A DNA stretch of 64,000 nt from positions 147,887-211,886 of the forward strand of contig JAJPKP010000070.1 in the NCBI GenBank assembly GCA_021323675.1, read 5' to 3'. Source of the stretch: Pseudomonadota bacterium (GTDB lineage Bacteria; Desulfobacterota; Binatia; Binatales; Binataceae). The notes under the pieces are model-generated. The model saw only the letters and a program-made list of their open reading frames with translations. It ran no database searches and was not told the origin of the DNA. This document shows positions 37,094-46,445 of the stretch, one piece after another (positions within the stretch are counted from its first letter, which is position 1; every line of letters starts with the position of its first letter). A program made the position numbers and the translations under genes.

Positions 37094-38550
37094 AATATCC
37101 GTCGAGGGCATTGGCTTTCGCGATCGCGATTCTGCTGGGGCTGACAGCGAGAATCGTCCTCGCGCAAACGAGCCTGGCGCCGATCCGCCTTTCTCCGGAG
37201 CGCCGCCAGCTTATCGGCCTGCAGACGGCCGTAGTCGAGGAAAAGGATCTGGACGGACGAATGGAAACCACGGGCCTGGTCGAGCCGGACGAGCAACTTG
37301 AAAGCACGGTGCAGACCCGGTTTTCGGGATGGATCAGGCAGGTATTCGTAAATCAGACCTATCAGCCCGTGCATGCCGGCCAGCCGCTCTTCACCATCTA
37401 CAGTCCGGACCTCCTTAACACCGAGAATGAATATCTCATCGCGCTTAATGCCGCCGATCGGTTGCGCACCAGCACGGTTAGCGGTGTTGCGGATGGAGCG
37501 GCTTCACTTTCGGGCGATGCGCTGGAGCGCCTTAAGCACTTTGGCGTGCCGGCGACCGAGATTGCGCGGCTCAAGCGCGAGCGCACCGTGCGCGATGCGA
37601 TTGAGATCGATTCGCCTCTCACCGGCTACGTGGTCGAGCGCAATGTCCTGCCCAACATGTACGCACAGCCGGACGCCCGGCTCTACGCGATCACCACTCT
37701 GTCGAGCGTGTGGATCTACGCGGCGGTGTTCCAGGACCAGATCGCGCAGGTGAGAGTTGGCGACCCGGTTACCGTGACCGTTGATGGCTATCCGGGGCGA
37801 AGCTTTCCGGGCCGGGTCGATTTCATCTGGGAGGCGATGGATCCGGCGACGCGCACCGTGCGCGTCCGATGCAGCTTCGCCAATCCCGATCGCCTGCTCA
37901 AGCTCGGTATGTACGTCAACGTCGCCATCACTCGCCGGTTGGGCCGGGGGCTGGTGATACCGGACTCGGGGGTGTTGCGCACGGGCCTGCGCAATGTCGC
38001 GTTTGTCGATCGCGGCGACGGTTACCTGACGCCGGTCGAGGTCGAGCTGGGCGCGCACCTCGGTCACAGTTTCGAGGTCCTGAAGGGGCTGCGCGCGGGC
38101 GATCGAATCGTGAGCTCGGCGAATTTTCTCATCGATTCAGAGAGCCAGTTGCAAGCCGCGGCCAGCACCTTCGCTCCGCCTCCACCCGGCGTGGGCGTTC
38201 CCGCGGGTGATGCGCAGGAAGGCGCGTCCAGCGCGACCTTAACTACCGATCCAAGTCCTCCGATCCGGGGCTCGAACAAGCTGGTGGTCGCGCTTCGCGA
38301 TGGCCTGGGCAAGCCGATAACGGGAGCGCGGGTCTCGGTGACGTTCTATATGGCCGCGATGCCGGCGATGGGAATGGCGGCGATGCGCGCGCAAGCGAAT
38401 CTTTCGGACCGCGGCGACGGCACGTACTCCGGCGCGATCGAGCTCGCAAGCGGCGGTTCATGGCAGGTCACCATAGCGGCATCAAAAGAAGGACGGCCGA
38501 TCGCCGGCAAACAATTCAACCTCTCAGTCTCCGGATCGATGGCGATGTAA
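37090..38550 (+). CDS. Periplasmic adaptor (membrane fusion protein, CusB/CzcB family) with an extra Met-rich C-terminal domain
   Basis: It has the HlyD/CusB fold. About 120 aa of extra C-terminal sequence contain MAAMPAMGMAAMRA. Confidence 0.85.
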   Translation: MKYPSRALAFAIAILLGLTARIVLAQTSLAPIRLSPERRQLIGLQTAVVEEKDLDGRMETTGLVEPDEQLESTVQTRFSGWIRQVFVNQTYQPVHAGQPLFTIYSPDLLNTENEYLIALNAADRLRTSTVSGVADGAASLSGDALERLKHFGVPATEIARLKRERTVRDAIEIDSPLTGYVVERNVLPNMYAQPDARLYAITTLSSVWIYAAVFQDQIAQVRVGDPVTVTVDGYPGRSFPGRVDFIWEAMDPATRTVRVRCSFANPDRLLKLGMYVNVAITRRLGRGLVIPDSGVLRTGLRNVAFVDRGDGYLTPVEVELGAHLGHSFEVLKGLRAGDRIVSSANFLIDSESQLQAAASTFAPPPPGVGVPAGDAQEGASSATLTTDPSPPIRGSNKLVVALRDGLGKPITGARVSVTFYMAAMPAMGMAAMRAQANLSDRGDGTYSGAIELASGGSWQVTIAASKEGRPIAGKQFNLSVSGSMAM

Positions 38551-38566
38551 GCCGGAGGGAAGCGCG

Positions 38567-41500
38567 ATGATCGAACGAACCATCGATTGGTGCAATGAAA
38601 ACCGCTTCCTGGTTTTTGCCGCCGTCGCCGCGCTGGTGTTCGGCGGAATCTGGTCGCTCGGCAGAATTCCGCTCGATGCGCTGCCGGATATATCCGACGT
38701 GCAGGTCATCGTTCACACCGAGTGGAAGGGGCAGCCGCCCAACCTGATTGAAGACCAGGTGACTTATCCGATCGTCACCGCGATGCTGGCGGCGCCGCGG
38801 GTCAAGGCGGTCCGCGGGCAGACGATGTTCAATGACTCGTACGTGTTCGTGGTGTTCGAGGATGGCACCGACATCTATTGGGCACGAAGCCGCGTGGTCG
38901 AGTATCTGCAGCAGATCCAGGGCCAGCTTCCTCTCGGAGCAAATCCGGTGATCGGCCCGGATGCGACGGGAGCGGGATGGGTTTACGAGTACCTGCTCAT
39001 CGATCGCCGCCATAATCTCAACCTCGCCGACTTGCGCAGTCTGCAGGATTGGCAGGTTCGCTACGCGCTGGAGACGGTCCCCGGCGTTGCCGAAGTCGCG
39101 ACGATCGGAGGATTCGTCAGGCAATATCAGGTGAAGCTCGATCCGAGCCGCCTGCTCGCTCTCCACGTTCCGTTGCAAACCGTCATCGACAGGATCCGCG
39201 AGAGCAGCAACGAAGTCGGCGGCCGGATGCTCGAGATGAGCGGCGCCGGCTACCTGGTACGAGGCACCGGATATATCAAGTCGCTCGACGATCTCGAGAA
39301 GATCGCGGTCGCGACCAACAACGGCACCCCTGTGCTGGTGCGTGACCTTGGGGTCGTGACCTATGGGCCCGACCTGCGCGAGGGTGTCGCGGAATGGAAC
39401 GGCGAAGGCGAGGCCGTCGGCGGAATCGTGGTGATGCGCTACGGGCAGAACGCGCTCAACGTCATCAACGGCGTCAAGGCGCGAATCGAGGAGATCAGCA
39501 AGAGCCTGCCGGCGGGCGTCGAGATCGTGGCCGGCTACGATCGGTCGGGGCTCATCGAGGCTTCAATCGACACCCTCAAGCGCGAACTGTACGAAGAAGC
39601 GATCATCGTGAGCCTGGTGATTGTCGTGTTTCTGTTTCATCTGCGGTCGGCGCTCATACCGATTCTGACGCTGCCGATCGCGGTTCTGGCGACATTCATT
39701 CCGATGTACTTCTTCCAGGTCAGCTCCAACATCATGTCCCTCGGCGGATTGGCGCTGGCGATCGGCGTGCTGGTCGATGCGTCGATCGTGATGGTGGAGA
39801 ATGGCTACCGGCATCTGTCGGAGCGGCAGCGGTCGGAGGGGGCGGTCGGCGAGGCGGACCGCCGGAAGATCCTGCTCGAGGCGGCCAAGCAGGTCGGGCG
39901 CCCGATCTTCTTCTCATTGATAATCATCGTGGTGTCATTTCTCCCCGTGTTTCTGCTGGAAGCGCAGGAGGGAAGGATGTTCCGGCCGCTGGCGGACGCC
40001 AAGACGCTGGCGATCACGTTCTCATCGGTGCTCGCGATTACGGTCGTGCCGGTGCTGATGATCCTGCTGGTCAGGGGGCGGCGGCTCAGGCCCGAGTCGG
40101 AAAATCCGGTTTCGCGTTTTTTTCAGCGGCTCTATCTGCCGATAATCAAGTGGTGCCTCAGGCATCGGGGGGCAACGATCGCCGCGAACCTGGTTTTTCT
40201 GGCGGCAACTCTACCGCTGGCGTTCAGGCTCGGAAGCCAGTTCATGCCGCCTCTATTCGAGGAATCGGCGCTTTTTATGCCGACCGCGCTGCCGGGCATT
40301 TCGATTACGTCCGCCAGCGACCTGCTGCAAAAGCAGGATCAGATCATCCGCGATTTTCCCGAAGTGACGAGCGTCTTCGGAACCGCGGGAAGATCGAACA
40401 GCGCGACCGACAACGCGCCTATCGACATGTTTGATACCACGATCATGCTCAAGCCGCGCGACCAGTGGCCGCCGGGAGTGACATACGAAAGCCTGATCGC
40501 CGACATGGACGGCAAACTCCAGTTTCCCGGGCTGTCGAACAGTTGGACGATGCCGGTTGAGAACCGGCTTGACATGGAGCTTACCGGAATAAAAACCCCG
40601 GTAGGGCTCAAGGTGCAGGGACCCGACATCAATGAGATTCAACGCATCGGATCGGAGATCGAGGAGCTGCTGAGCTCCGTAAAGGATACGCGCGCGGTTT
40701 TCGCCGAGCGCGTCTCCCAGGGCTTCTACATCGATGTCGAGCCGGATCGCGACGCGGCGGCGCGCTACGGGCTTACGGTTGGCGATATCCAACTCGCAGT
40801 CAGCTCGGGAATCGGCGGCGAGGATATCGCGACTACGGTGCGCGGGCGCGAGCGATATCCCATAAACGTGCGCTATCTCCAGGACTATCGCGACAATCTC
40901 GATTCGCTCAGGTCGGTCCTGATCGCGACGCCGGCCGGAGCCCAGATTCCGCTGGGAGAAGTCGCTAAAGTGCGCATCGACCAGGGACCGTCGATGATAC
41001 GCGACGAGGACGGCCGCCTGACCGGTTACGTGTACCTCGATCTGGCGACCACCGACTACGGCGATTACGTCAAACGGGCACAGGAGGTGCTCGATGCGAA
41101 GCTGCATCTGCCGCCCGGTTACACGGTGCGATGGTCGGGCGAGTATGAATTCGAGCTGCGCGCGCGAAGGCGCCTGGCCTTTATCCTGCCGATCGTGTTT
41201 GGGGTGATATTCGTCCTGCTCTATGCCCTGTTCAATTCCGCGCTCGAGGCTGCGGTGCTGATCCTGCCGTGTCTGTACGCGATGACGGGAGGGCTGCTGC
41301 TCCAATATTTCATGGGATTCAACTTCAGCGTCGCGGTCTGGGTTGGGTACATCGCGCTGTTCGGAATCGCGGTGGAAACCGGAGTTGTGATGGTCATCTA
41401 CCTGCACGAGGCTCTGAACCGCCGCGCCGCCGCCGGACCGCTCGACCGCCGCGCCATCGAAGAGGCGGCCATCGAAGGCGCCGTACACCGGCTCAGGCCA

Positions 41501-41704
41501 AAGCTGATGACCGTAGCGGTGGTGATGTTGAGTCTTGCGCCGATCCTGTGGGCGAGCGGCGTCGGTTCGGACGTGATGAAGCCGATCGCCGCGCCGATTG
41601 TGGGCGGGATGGTCACCTCAACGATTCATGTTCTTATCCTGGTGCCTGTGTTCTTCGCGATGATGAAGGAGCGGGGCTTGATCAAAGCGCACCCGCTAGA
41701 CTGA
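38567..41704 (+). CDS. Heavy-metal efflux RND pump (CusA/CzcA family)
   Basis: The protein is 1045 aa with 12 TM helices and the HME-RND architecture. It has a GGAGGGAAG RBS. Confidence 0.9.
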   Translation: MIERTIDWCNENRFLVFAAVAALVFGGIWSLGRIPLDALPDISDVQVIVHTEWKGQPPNLIEDQVTYPIVTAMLAAPRVKAVRGQTMFNDSYVFVVFEDGTDIYWARSRVVEYLQQIQGQLPLGANPVIGPDATGAGWVYEYLLIDRRHNLNLADLRSLQDWQVRYALETVPGVAEVATIGGFVRQYQVKLDPSRLLALHVPLQTVIDRIRESSNEVGGRMLEMSGAGYLVRGTGYIKSLDDLEKIAVATNNGTPVLVRDLGVVTYGPDLREGVAEWNGEGEAVGGIVVMRYGQNALNVINGVKARIEEISKSLPAGVEIVAGYDRSGLIEASIDTLKRELYEEAIIVSLVIVVFLFHLRSALIPILTLPIAVLATFIPMYFFQVSSNIMSLGGLALAIGVLVDASIVMVENGYRHLSERQRSEGAVGEADRRKILLEAAKQVGRPIFFSLIIIVVSFLPVFLLEAQEGRMFRPLADAKTLAITFSSVLAITVVPVLMILLVRGRRLRPESENPVSRFFQRLYLPIIKWCLRHRGATIAANLVFLAATLPLAFRLGSQFMPPLFEESALFMPTALPGISITSASDLLQKQDQIIRDFPEVTSVFGTAGRSNSATDNAPIDMFDTTIMLKPRDQWPPGVTYESLIADMDGKLQFPGLSNSWTMPVENRLDMELTGIKTPVGLKVQGPDINEIQRIGSEIEELLSSVKDTRAVFAERVSQGFYIDVEPDRDAAARYGLTVGDIQLAVSSGIGGEDIATTVRGRERYPINVRYLQDYRDNLDSLRSVLIATPAGAQIPLGEVAKVRIDQGPSMIRDEDGRLTGYVYLDLATTDYGDYVKRAQEVLDAKLHLPPGYTVRWSGEYEFELRARRRLAFILPIVFGVIFVLLYALFNSALEAAVLILPCLYAMTGGLLLQYFMGFNFSVAVWVGYIALFGIAVETGVVMVIYLHEALNRRAAAGPLDRRAIEEAAIEGAVHRLRPKLMTVAVVMLSLAPILWASGVGSDVMKPIAAPIVGGMVTSTIHVLILVPVFFAMMKERGLIKAHPLD

Positions 41705-43289
41705 GGTTGAACTGATTCAAAGCCAGCACCGCCAGAAACGGCACCTCGGTCGTATGGTCGACTTCCGACGCCGAAAAAAATCCCGGCACCAGGAAGTTGG
41801 CGTTATCGACCAGAAATTCCTGGTAAGGCCCGTTGGGATTCTGCGTGGTGAAGTAAGAGAAGGCGACGTCGGTGTTGATCCGAGTAACTACCGAGTCCTG
41901 TTTCAGCGAAACCAGCGCGAGCGGAAATTTGGGAGTGAACAGGTAGGTGTCAGATGAGAGCAGCTTGGCGTACAGAGGATTGGACGGATCTCCATTCATC
42001 AGAGCTTGCGCATAGGTGGTGGTCAGCAGCGGCTGAACGGAGTTGTTGTCAGTTGTCCACGATGTCTGTGAAGCCTGCACCACCATCGTCAGTATCACCT
42101 GCGTGTCCTGGAGATCGACCTGGTAGTAGAGACCATCGATATTTCCGCTCGAGCCGCAAAGTGGCAGATTGCCCTGAGTGCAAACATAAACTGGCGACAC
42201 GAAGATGTCGGTCGGGGCGATGTTCTGGTAATGGGAGAAGCTCAGCACGAGGTCTCCGCCCAGATACGGTTTCGACAGCGCGGAAACGCTCGGATCGAGC
42301 GAGAACCAGGGATTGTTCGCCGAGGAGATGTTGAAAAACAGATACGGCACCATCGTTCCGGTAAGGTCGAACACGCCCGACATCGGAACCACGTCCGCCA
42401 GCTTTACTTTGAGCGAACTCGCGTAGCGCGGATTATCCTGCATCAGGTGCGCCGCCTGAAGCGCGTAAGCTCCGCCTTCCGAGTAGCCCGCGATGAAAAG
42501 TGGCACCCGTCCCTGAACCCGCTTGCCAAGATAGCTTCGCGCCGCCTTCACCATCGCCAGCCCGCTCTGCGCGTTTTCCACCGGGTAGACTACATAAGGA
42601 TGCGGATCGGCGGTGTCGTCGCCGAGTCCGATATAGTCCGGCATCACCACGACATATCCTTGCGCAGCCCACAGCGCCGCCAGCAGCGGTCCCGTGCCGT
42701 TACCAGTCGAGTTGTTCGCGGTTATGAAGTTCGACGGTATGTTGTTTCGCTGCACGGTGGTGCCATGAAAGAAAAGCACGATTCCTTTGATTGAACTCGA
42801 GGCCAGCTCCGGGACGACGATACCGCCCGATACCGTCACGGGAACGCCGCCAACGTTGAGCGCGCCGTAGGTGATCTTGACCGCATCGACGTTCTGAATG
42901 CCGAGGGGATTGTTGGAAATCGGATTGGCGGTCACATCGAAGTTGCCGAATTGCGGCGTGTTCAGATTGGCTTCGTTTTGCTGGCAGTCAGTCTGAGAAA
43001 AGCCGCTCGGGCAGATGGTTTGGACATAGTACGTCTGGAGATCCGGGATGCCGGGGGCGTCCTGGGCCGCGACATTCGATCCGGCCGCTGATGGGCCGGT
43101 TGGATAAGTCGTGATCAGGTTGCTGCTGAGCAGCGTTCCTTCACCCTTGGCGGTGTCGAACGGAGCCGGCGATGTCGTGCCGGAGCTGGTCCCTGAGCCG
43201 CCGCAGGCGCTCAGAGCAATGCTCAGAGCCAGCGCCAGCAGCGTGGCCGCGACACGATGGCACACCTTCGCCAAGGTTTTGGGATTCAC
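41682..43289 (-). CDS. Secreted lipase/esterase-family lipoprotein (alpha/beta hydrolase, LIP/secretory-lipase-like)
   Basis: The lipobox is LSAC and the nucleophile elbow is GYSEGG. The gene has a noticeably lower GC and an N/S/T/Q/Y-rich composition unlike its neighbours. Its 3' end overlaps the end of the pump gene convergently by about 23 bp. Confidence 0.7.
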   Translation of the reverse strand: MNPKTLAKVCHRVAATLLALALSIALSACGGSGTSSGTTSPAPFDTAKGEGTLLSSNLITTYPTGPSAAGSNVAAQDAPGIPDLQTYYVQTICPSGFSQTDCQQNEANLNTPQFGNFDVTANPISNNPLGIQNVDAVKITYGALNVGGVPVTVSGGIVVPELASSSIKGIVLFFHGTTVQRNNIPSNFITANNSTGNGTGPLLAALWAAQGYVVVMPDYIGLGDDTADPHPYVVYPVENAQSGLAMVKAARSYLGKRVQGRVPLFIAGYSEGGAYALQAAHLMQDNPRYASSLKVKLADVVPMSGVFDLTGTMVPYLFFNISSANNPWFSLDPSVSALSKPYLGGDLVLSFSHYQNIAPTDIFVSPVYVCTQGNLPLCGSSGNIDGLYYQVDLQDTQVILTMVVQASQTSWTTDNNSVQPLLTTTYAQALMNGDPSNPLYAKLLSSDTYLFTPKFPLALVSLKQDSVVTRINTDVAFSYFTTQNPNGPYQEFLVDNANFLVPGFFSASEVDHTTEVPFLAVLALNQFNLSLAGAL

Positions 43290-43573
43290 TCTAACTCCTC
43301 CCTGATTCGGTTGGACGATTTGCGCGAACTTCTATGCAGACGCACGTTCGAAGTCGCGAGCTGTCTATTCGCGATTCCGCTGCGGCGTAATTTTTTCAGG
43401 ACGTCGACCGATAAGGCAAGAGCAAAAGTATGCGGGGATTAGACAATCTTATCTGCGAGACTTGTCGCGGCGAATACTCCTTCGCGCGACAGCCTTGCAT
43501 TCCCGCGGCGCGGGAAATCGCCATTTGATCGCGCGCACCGCGCGACGCGGATGGTCGCGCGATCCGCGCGATG

Positions 43574-45829
43574 CTAGCTGGCGACCGTCTCTATTCGCGC
43601 CGCAACATGCTTATGGAACGGAGTGCCGGCGAACCAGTCACGATCTTCCGTGGCAGTCAGCTCATTGGGCGCAACGCCGCTCTGAAATTCCTGCCCTTCG
43701 CGATCGGGGTACCAGAGCCCGGTTCCGTTAGGCAGCGCGACGTGACCGGGCAGCATCGTGTCGCTCAACTCGACGACGGCCTCAGCGGTGCCGCGCTTCG
43801 TGATCACGCGCACGCGTCCTCCCGTTCGTACTCCGAGCCGCGAGCCATCCTCGGGATTCATCCACAGCGAGCCGTGCGGATCTTTTGGCCGCCATTTGGG
43901 GTCACGAATGATCGTGTTGGCGGTCGAAGAGCGCCTCTGTCCCGCGGACAGCACAAACGGAAATTCCGGATCGGCGGCGGGTTGCTCGTCGCGAAGCGAC
44001 CGAAGCTCGGGAATGAGCTCGGGGATAGTGAAGTCGATGCGACCGCGATGAATTCGGCGCCAGGTCTCCCCATAGGGATCGACGCTGACTACCACTCCGG
44101 AAGGATTTTTCAGAATCGCGTCGAACAGCGCCTCGCCAAGCGCCGGACCCTCGCCGCTGAAACCGGCTCGCCGCACCGAATCGGCATAGCGTCGCGCGAA
44201 TTCCTGCGCGATGCCCCATACTGACGCGCCGTTCTGGTAGGCGGCGCCCAGGACGGGCCCGAGCGTTTCGTAGAGCAGCACGGTCATTACCGCGCCGAGG
44301 CGCGGACGTTCAGAGAGTACACGCTGCAGCTCGAGCGCATATGCCAGCCGGCCCTTGGCCGCCGCCGCATGCAGCGGCGCGACGTCATCGTCGGTCATCG
44401 CGCCAAGAGCGCGGACCAGGCGGCGATGGATTTCGCCTTCAGGTAGCGTTCCGGGCAACGGCTCGAGAATCGGCGCGCGGAGCGTGAACGAGTTGGCGAA
44501 ATCGGTGCCGGTGTCGAATCCCGAGCCGAAAAAGGTCGCCTCGGATTTCTCGTATTGGGAGCAGGCGGGCAGCACGTAGTGTGCCTCGCGCGCCGTCTCC
44601 GTCATCGCAACGTCGATGACAACGACAAATTCCAGGGCGCGCAGCGCCTCGCGCATCCGCGCGCTGTCGGCCACCGAATGGGCGGGATTCTCGCTTTCGA
44701 TCAGCATCGCCCGAAAACGCCTGGGATGGTCGGTCAGAATCTCGTCGGGTATCACATTGGCCGGAATCAGATTGCCGATAATGCGATGGCCCCCGACCGG
44801 GCTGGTCCGGTCCGAAAGCGCCCCGCTGAACATCCCGGTCAGACTGGTTGCGGCATTCATCGCGCCGCGCTTGCCGACATTTCCGGTCAACGCGTAAAGC
44901 AGCTTCTCGAGATATGAATTGAGCGTGCTGTGAGGCGCCTGCTCAATCCCCAGATCCTCGAAGAACGACACGCTCGATGCGCGCGCGATCCGGTGCACCA
45001 CGTTGCGTACCAGGCTCTCGCTGACCCCGGCGCGTGCGCAATAGTCGGCGATCGGAACTTCACTCAACGCGGCGAGGATTTCGGAACTGTTTTCGCCGTG
45101 ATCGCGAATGAAGGCGCGATCGACCAGGTCTTCCTGCACCAGGACACCCAGCATCGCGGCCAGACAGAAGGCGTCGGTGCCCGGCCGCACCCGCAAATGA
45201 TAGTCCGCCATCTCCGCCGTCTCGGTGCGGCGCGGATCGATTACAACCAGGGCGCGATTGGGGTCCGCGGCAAGATCGCGCAGAATGGGGCGGGCTCGCT
45301 GAAAACCGTGCGACTGCCACGGATTCTTCCCCACGAATACCGCGACCTCGGCATGCTCAAAGCCCGCGCGCACTGCGGTTCCAAACATCCGGTGTTCGAC
45401 CCAGAACTCGCCGGTTTTTTCCTGCGCGAGCGCATTCGAGCTGTAAACGCATCCCAGCGCCCGCCGGGTCGAGGCTCCGTAGCTTCCCACCAGATGATTT
45501 CCCTGGCCGCCACCGCCGTAATAGAAAATGCTCTCCCCGCCCCATTTGTCGCGGACCTTGAGGAATCCCGCGGCGACTTCGCGGATCGCCGTGTCCCAAT
45601 CAATCTCCTCGAACGTGCCGTCCGCCCTTCGGCGCATCGGCGCAGTCAGGCGATCGCGCCCGTTCTGATAGAAGTCGATTCGTTGCGCCTTTTCGCAAGC
45701 GTAGCCGCGAGAAGCGACGTGGGCGCGGTCTCCGCGCACGCGCGCGATGCGGCGGCCGTCGACCTTCACTTCGATTCCGCAGTTGACCGAACAGAGGATG
45801 CACGCGGTCTTGAGCCATTCGTCAGCCAT
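43574..45829 (-). CDS. Molybdopterin (bis-MGD) oxidoreductase, cytoplasmic, with an N-terminal 4Fe-4S site; assimilatory nitrate reductase (NarB/NasA)-like
   Basis: It has CILCSVNCG (C-x2-C-x3-C) plus RGYACEKA, and no Tat signal. The protein is about 751 aa with MGD-binding domains. The nitrate-reductase assignment is an inference from its size and from the neighbouring nitrate-reductase-associated-like gene. Confidence 0.8.
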   Translation of the reverse strand: MADEWLKTACILCSVNCGIEVKVDGRRIARVRGDRAHVASRGYACEKAQRIDFYQNGRDRLTAPMRRRADGTFEEIDWDTAIREVAAGFLKVRDKWGGESIFYYGGGGQGNHLVGSYGASTRRALGCVYSSNALAQEKTGEFWVEHRMFGTAVRAGFEHAEVAVFVGKNPWQSHGFQRARPILRDLAADPNRALVVIDPRRTETAEMADYHLRVRPGTDAFCLAAMLGVLVQEDLVDRAFIRDHGENSSEILAALSEVPIADYCARAGVSESLVRNVVHRIARASSVSFFEDLGIEQAPHSTLNSYLEKLLYALTGNVGKRGAMNAATSLTGMFSGALSDRTSPVGGHRIIGNLIPANVIPDEILTDHPRRFRAMLIESENPAHSVADSARMREALRALEFVVVIDVAMTETAREAHYVLPACSQYEKSEATFFGSGFDTGTDFANSFTLRAPILEPLPGTLPEGEIHRRLVRALGAMTDDDVAPLHAAAAKGRLAYALELQRVLSERPRLGAVMTVLLYETLGPVLGAAYQNGASVWGIAQEFARRYADSVRRAGFSGEGPALGEALFDAILKNPSGVVVSVDPYGETWRRIHRGRIDFTIPELIPELRSLRDEQPAADPEFPFVLSAGQRRSSTANTIIRDPKWRPKDPHGSLWMNPEDGSRLGVRTGGRVRVITKRGTAEAVVELSDTMLPGHVALPNGTGLWYPDREGQEFQSGVAPNELTATEDRDWFAGTPFHKHVAARIETVAS

Positions 45830-45962
45830 GATGCTTCTCCCGACGAGCGGGCCGGCGACCGGCCGAGTGTTGTTGACTAAGTTCTATTTTGGAACTTACT
45901 ATTGAGTCAAGGCTTGTCTGAGCTGCGGGGATTTCGGCTTGCGCTGGTCGGAAATAAGCGAG

Positions 45963-46436
45963 ATGAAATGTTCGGTTGCCCGGACCCTTTCGGTCATCGG
46001 CGACCGCTGGACGATGCTGATTGTGCGCGATGCGTTCCTCGGCAAGCGCCGGTTTGCGGACTTTCAGGATGACCTGGGCATGACGCGCCATCGCCTGTCG
46101 GCGCGGCTGGGCAAGCTTATCGACGAAGGCATTCTGATGCGCGTGCGATACCAGGATCGGCCGCCGCGATTTGAATATCGGCTGACCGAGAAGGGCATCG
46201 ACCTTTATCCGGTGATCGTGGCGATGCTGCGATGGGGCGACCGATGGATGGCGGGCGCGGACGGCCCGCCCATCGAGCTCGTGCACAAAAATTGCGGAAA
46301 GCACGTAATGCCGGCGCTTACCTGTCCAGCGTGCAAAGAGGAAGTGAATGCACGTACGATGTCTGCACGGCCCGGGCCAGGCTTGAGAAGGCGATCGCAT
46401 CCGCCTGTCGCCCGGATTAGTTCACGCAAGGAGTAG
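45963..46436 (+). CDS. HxlR-family winged-helix transcriptional regulator with a Cys-containing C-terminal extension
   Basis: CSVARTLSVIGDRWTMLIVRDAF...RFEYRLTEKG is the HxlR signature. The C-terminus carries C-x9-C-x2-C. The ATG at 45963 lies inside a TTG-initiated track ORF. It is divergent from the molybdoenzyme gene. Confidence 0.7.
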   Translation: MKCSVARTLSVIGDRWTMLIVRDAFLGKRRFADFQDDLGMTRHRLSARLGKLIDEGILMRVRYQDRPPRFEYRLTEKGIDLYPVIVAMLRWGDRWMAGADGPPIELVHKNCGKHVMPALTCPACKEEVNARTMSARPGPGLRRRSHPPVARISSRKE

Positions 46437-46445
46437 AGCGCAGTC

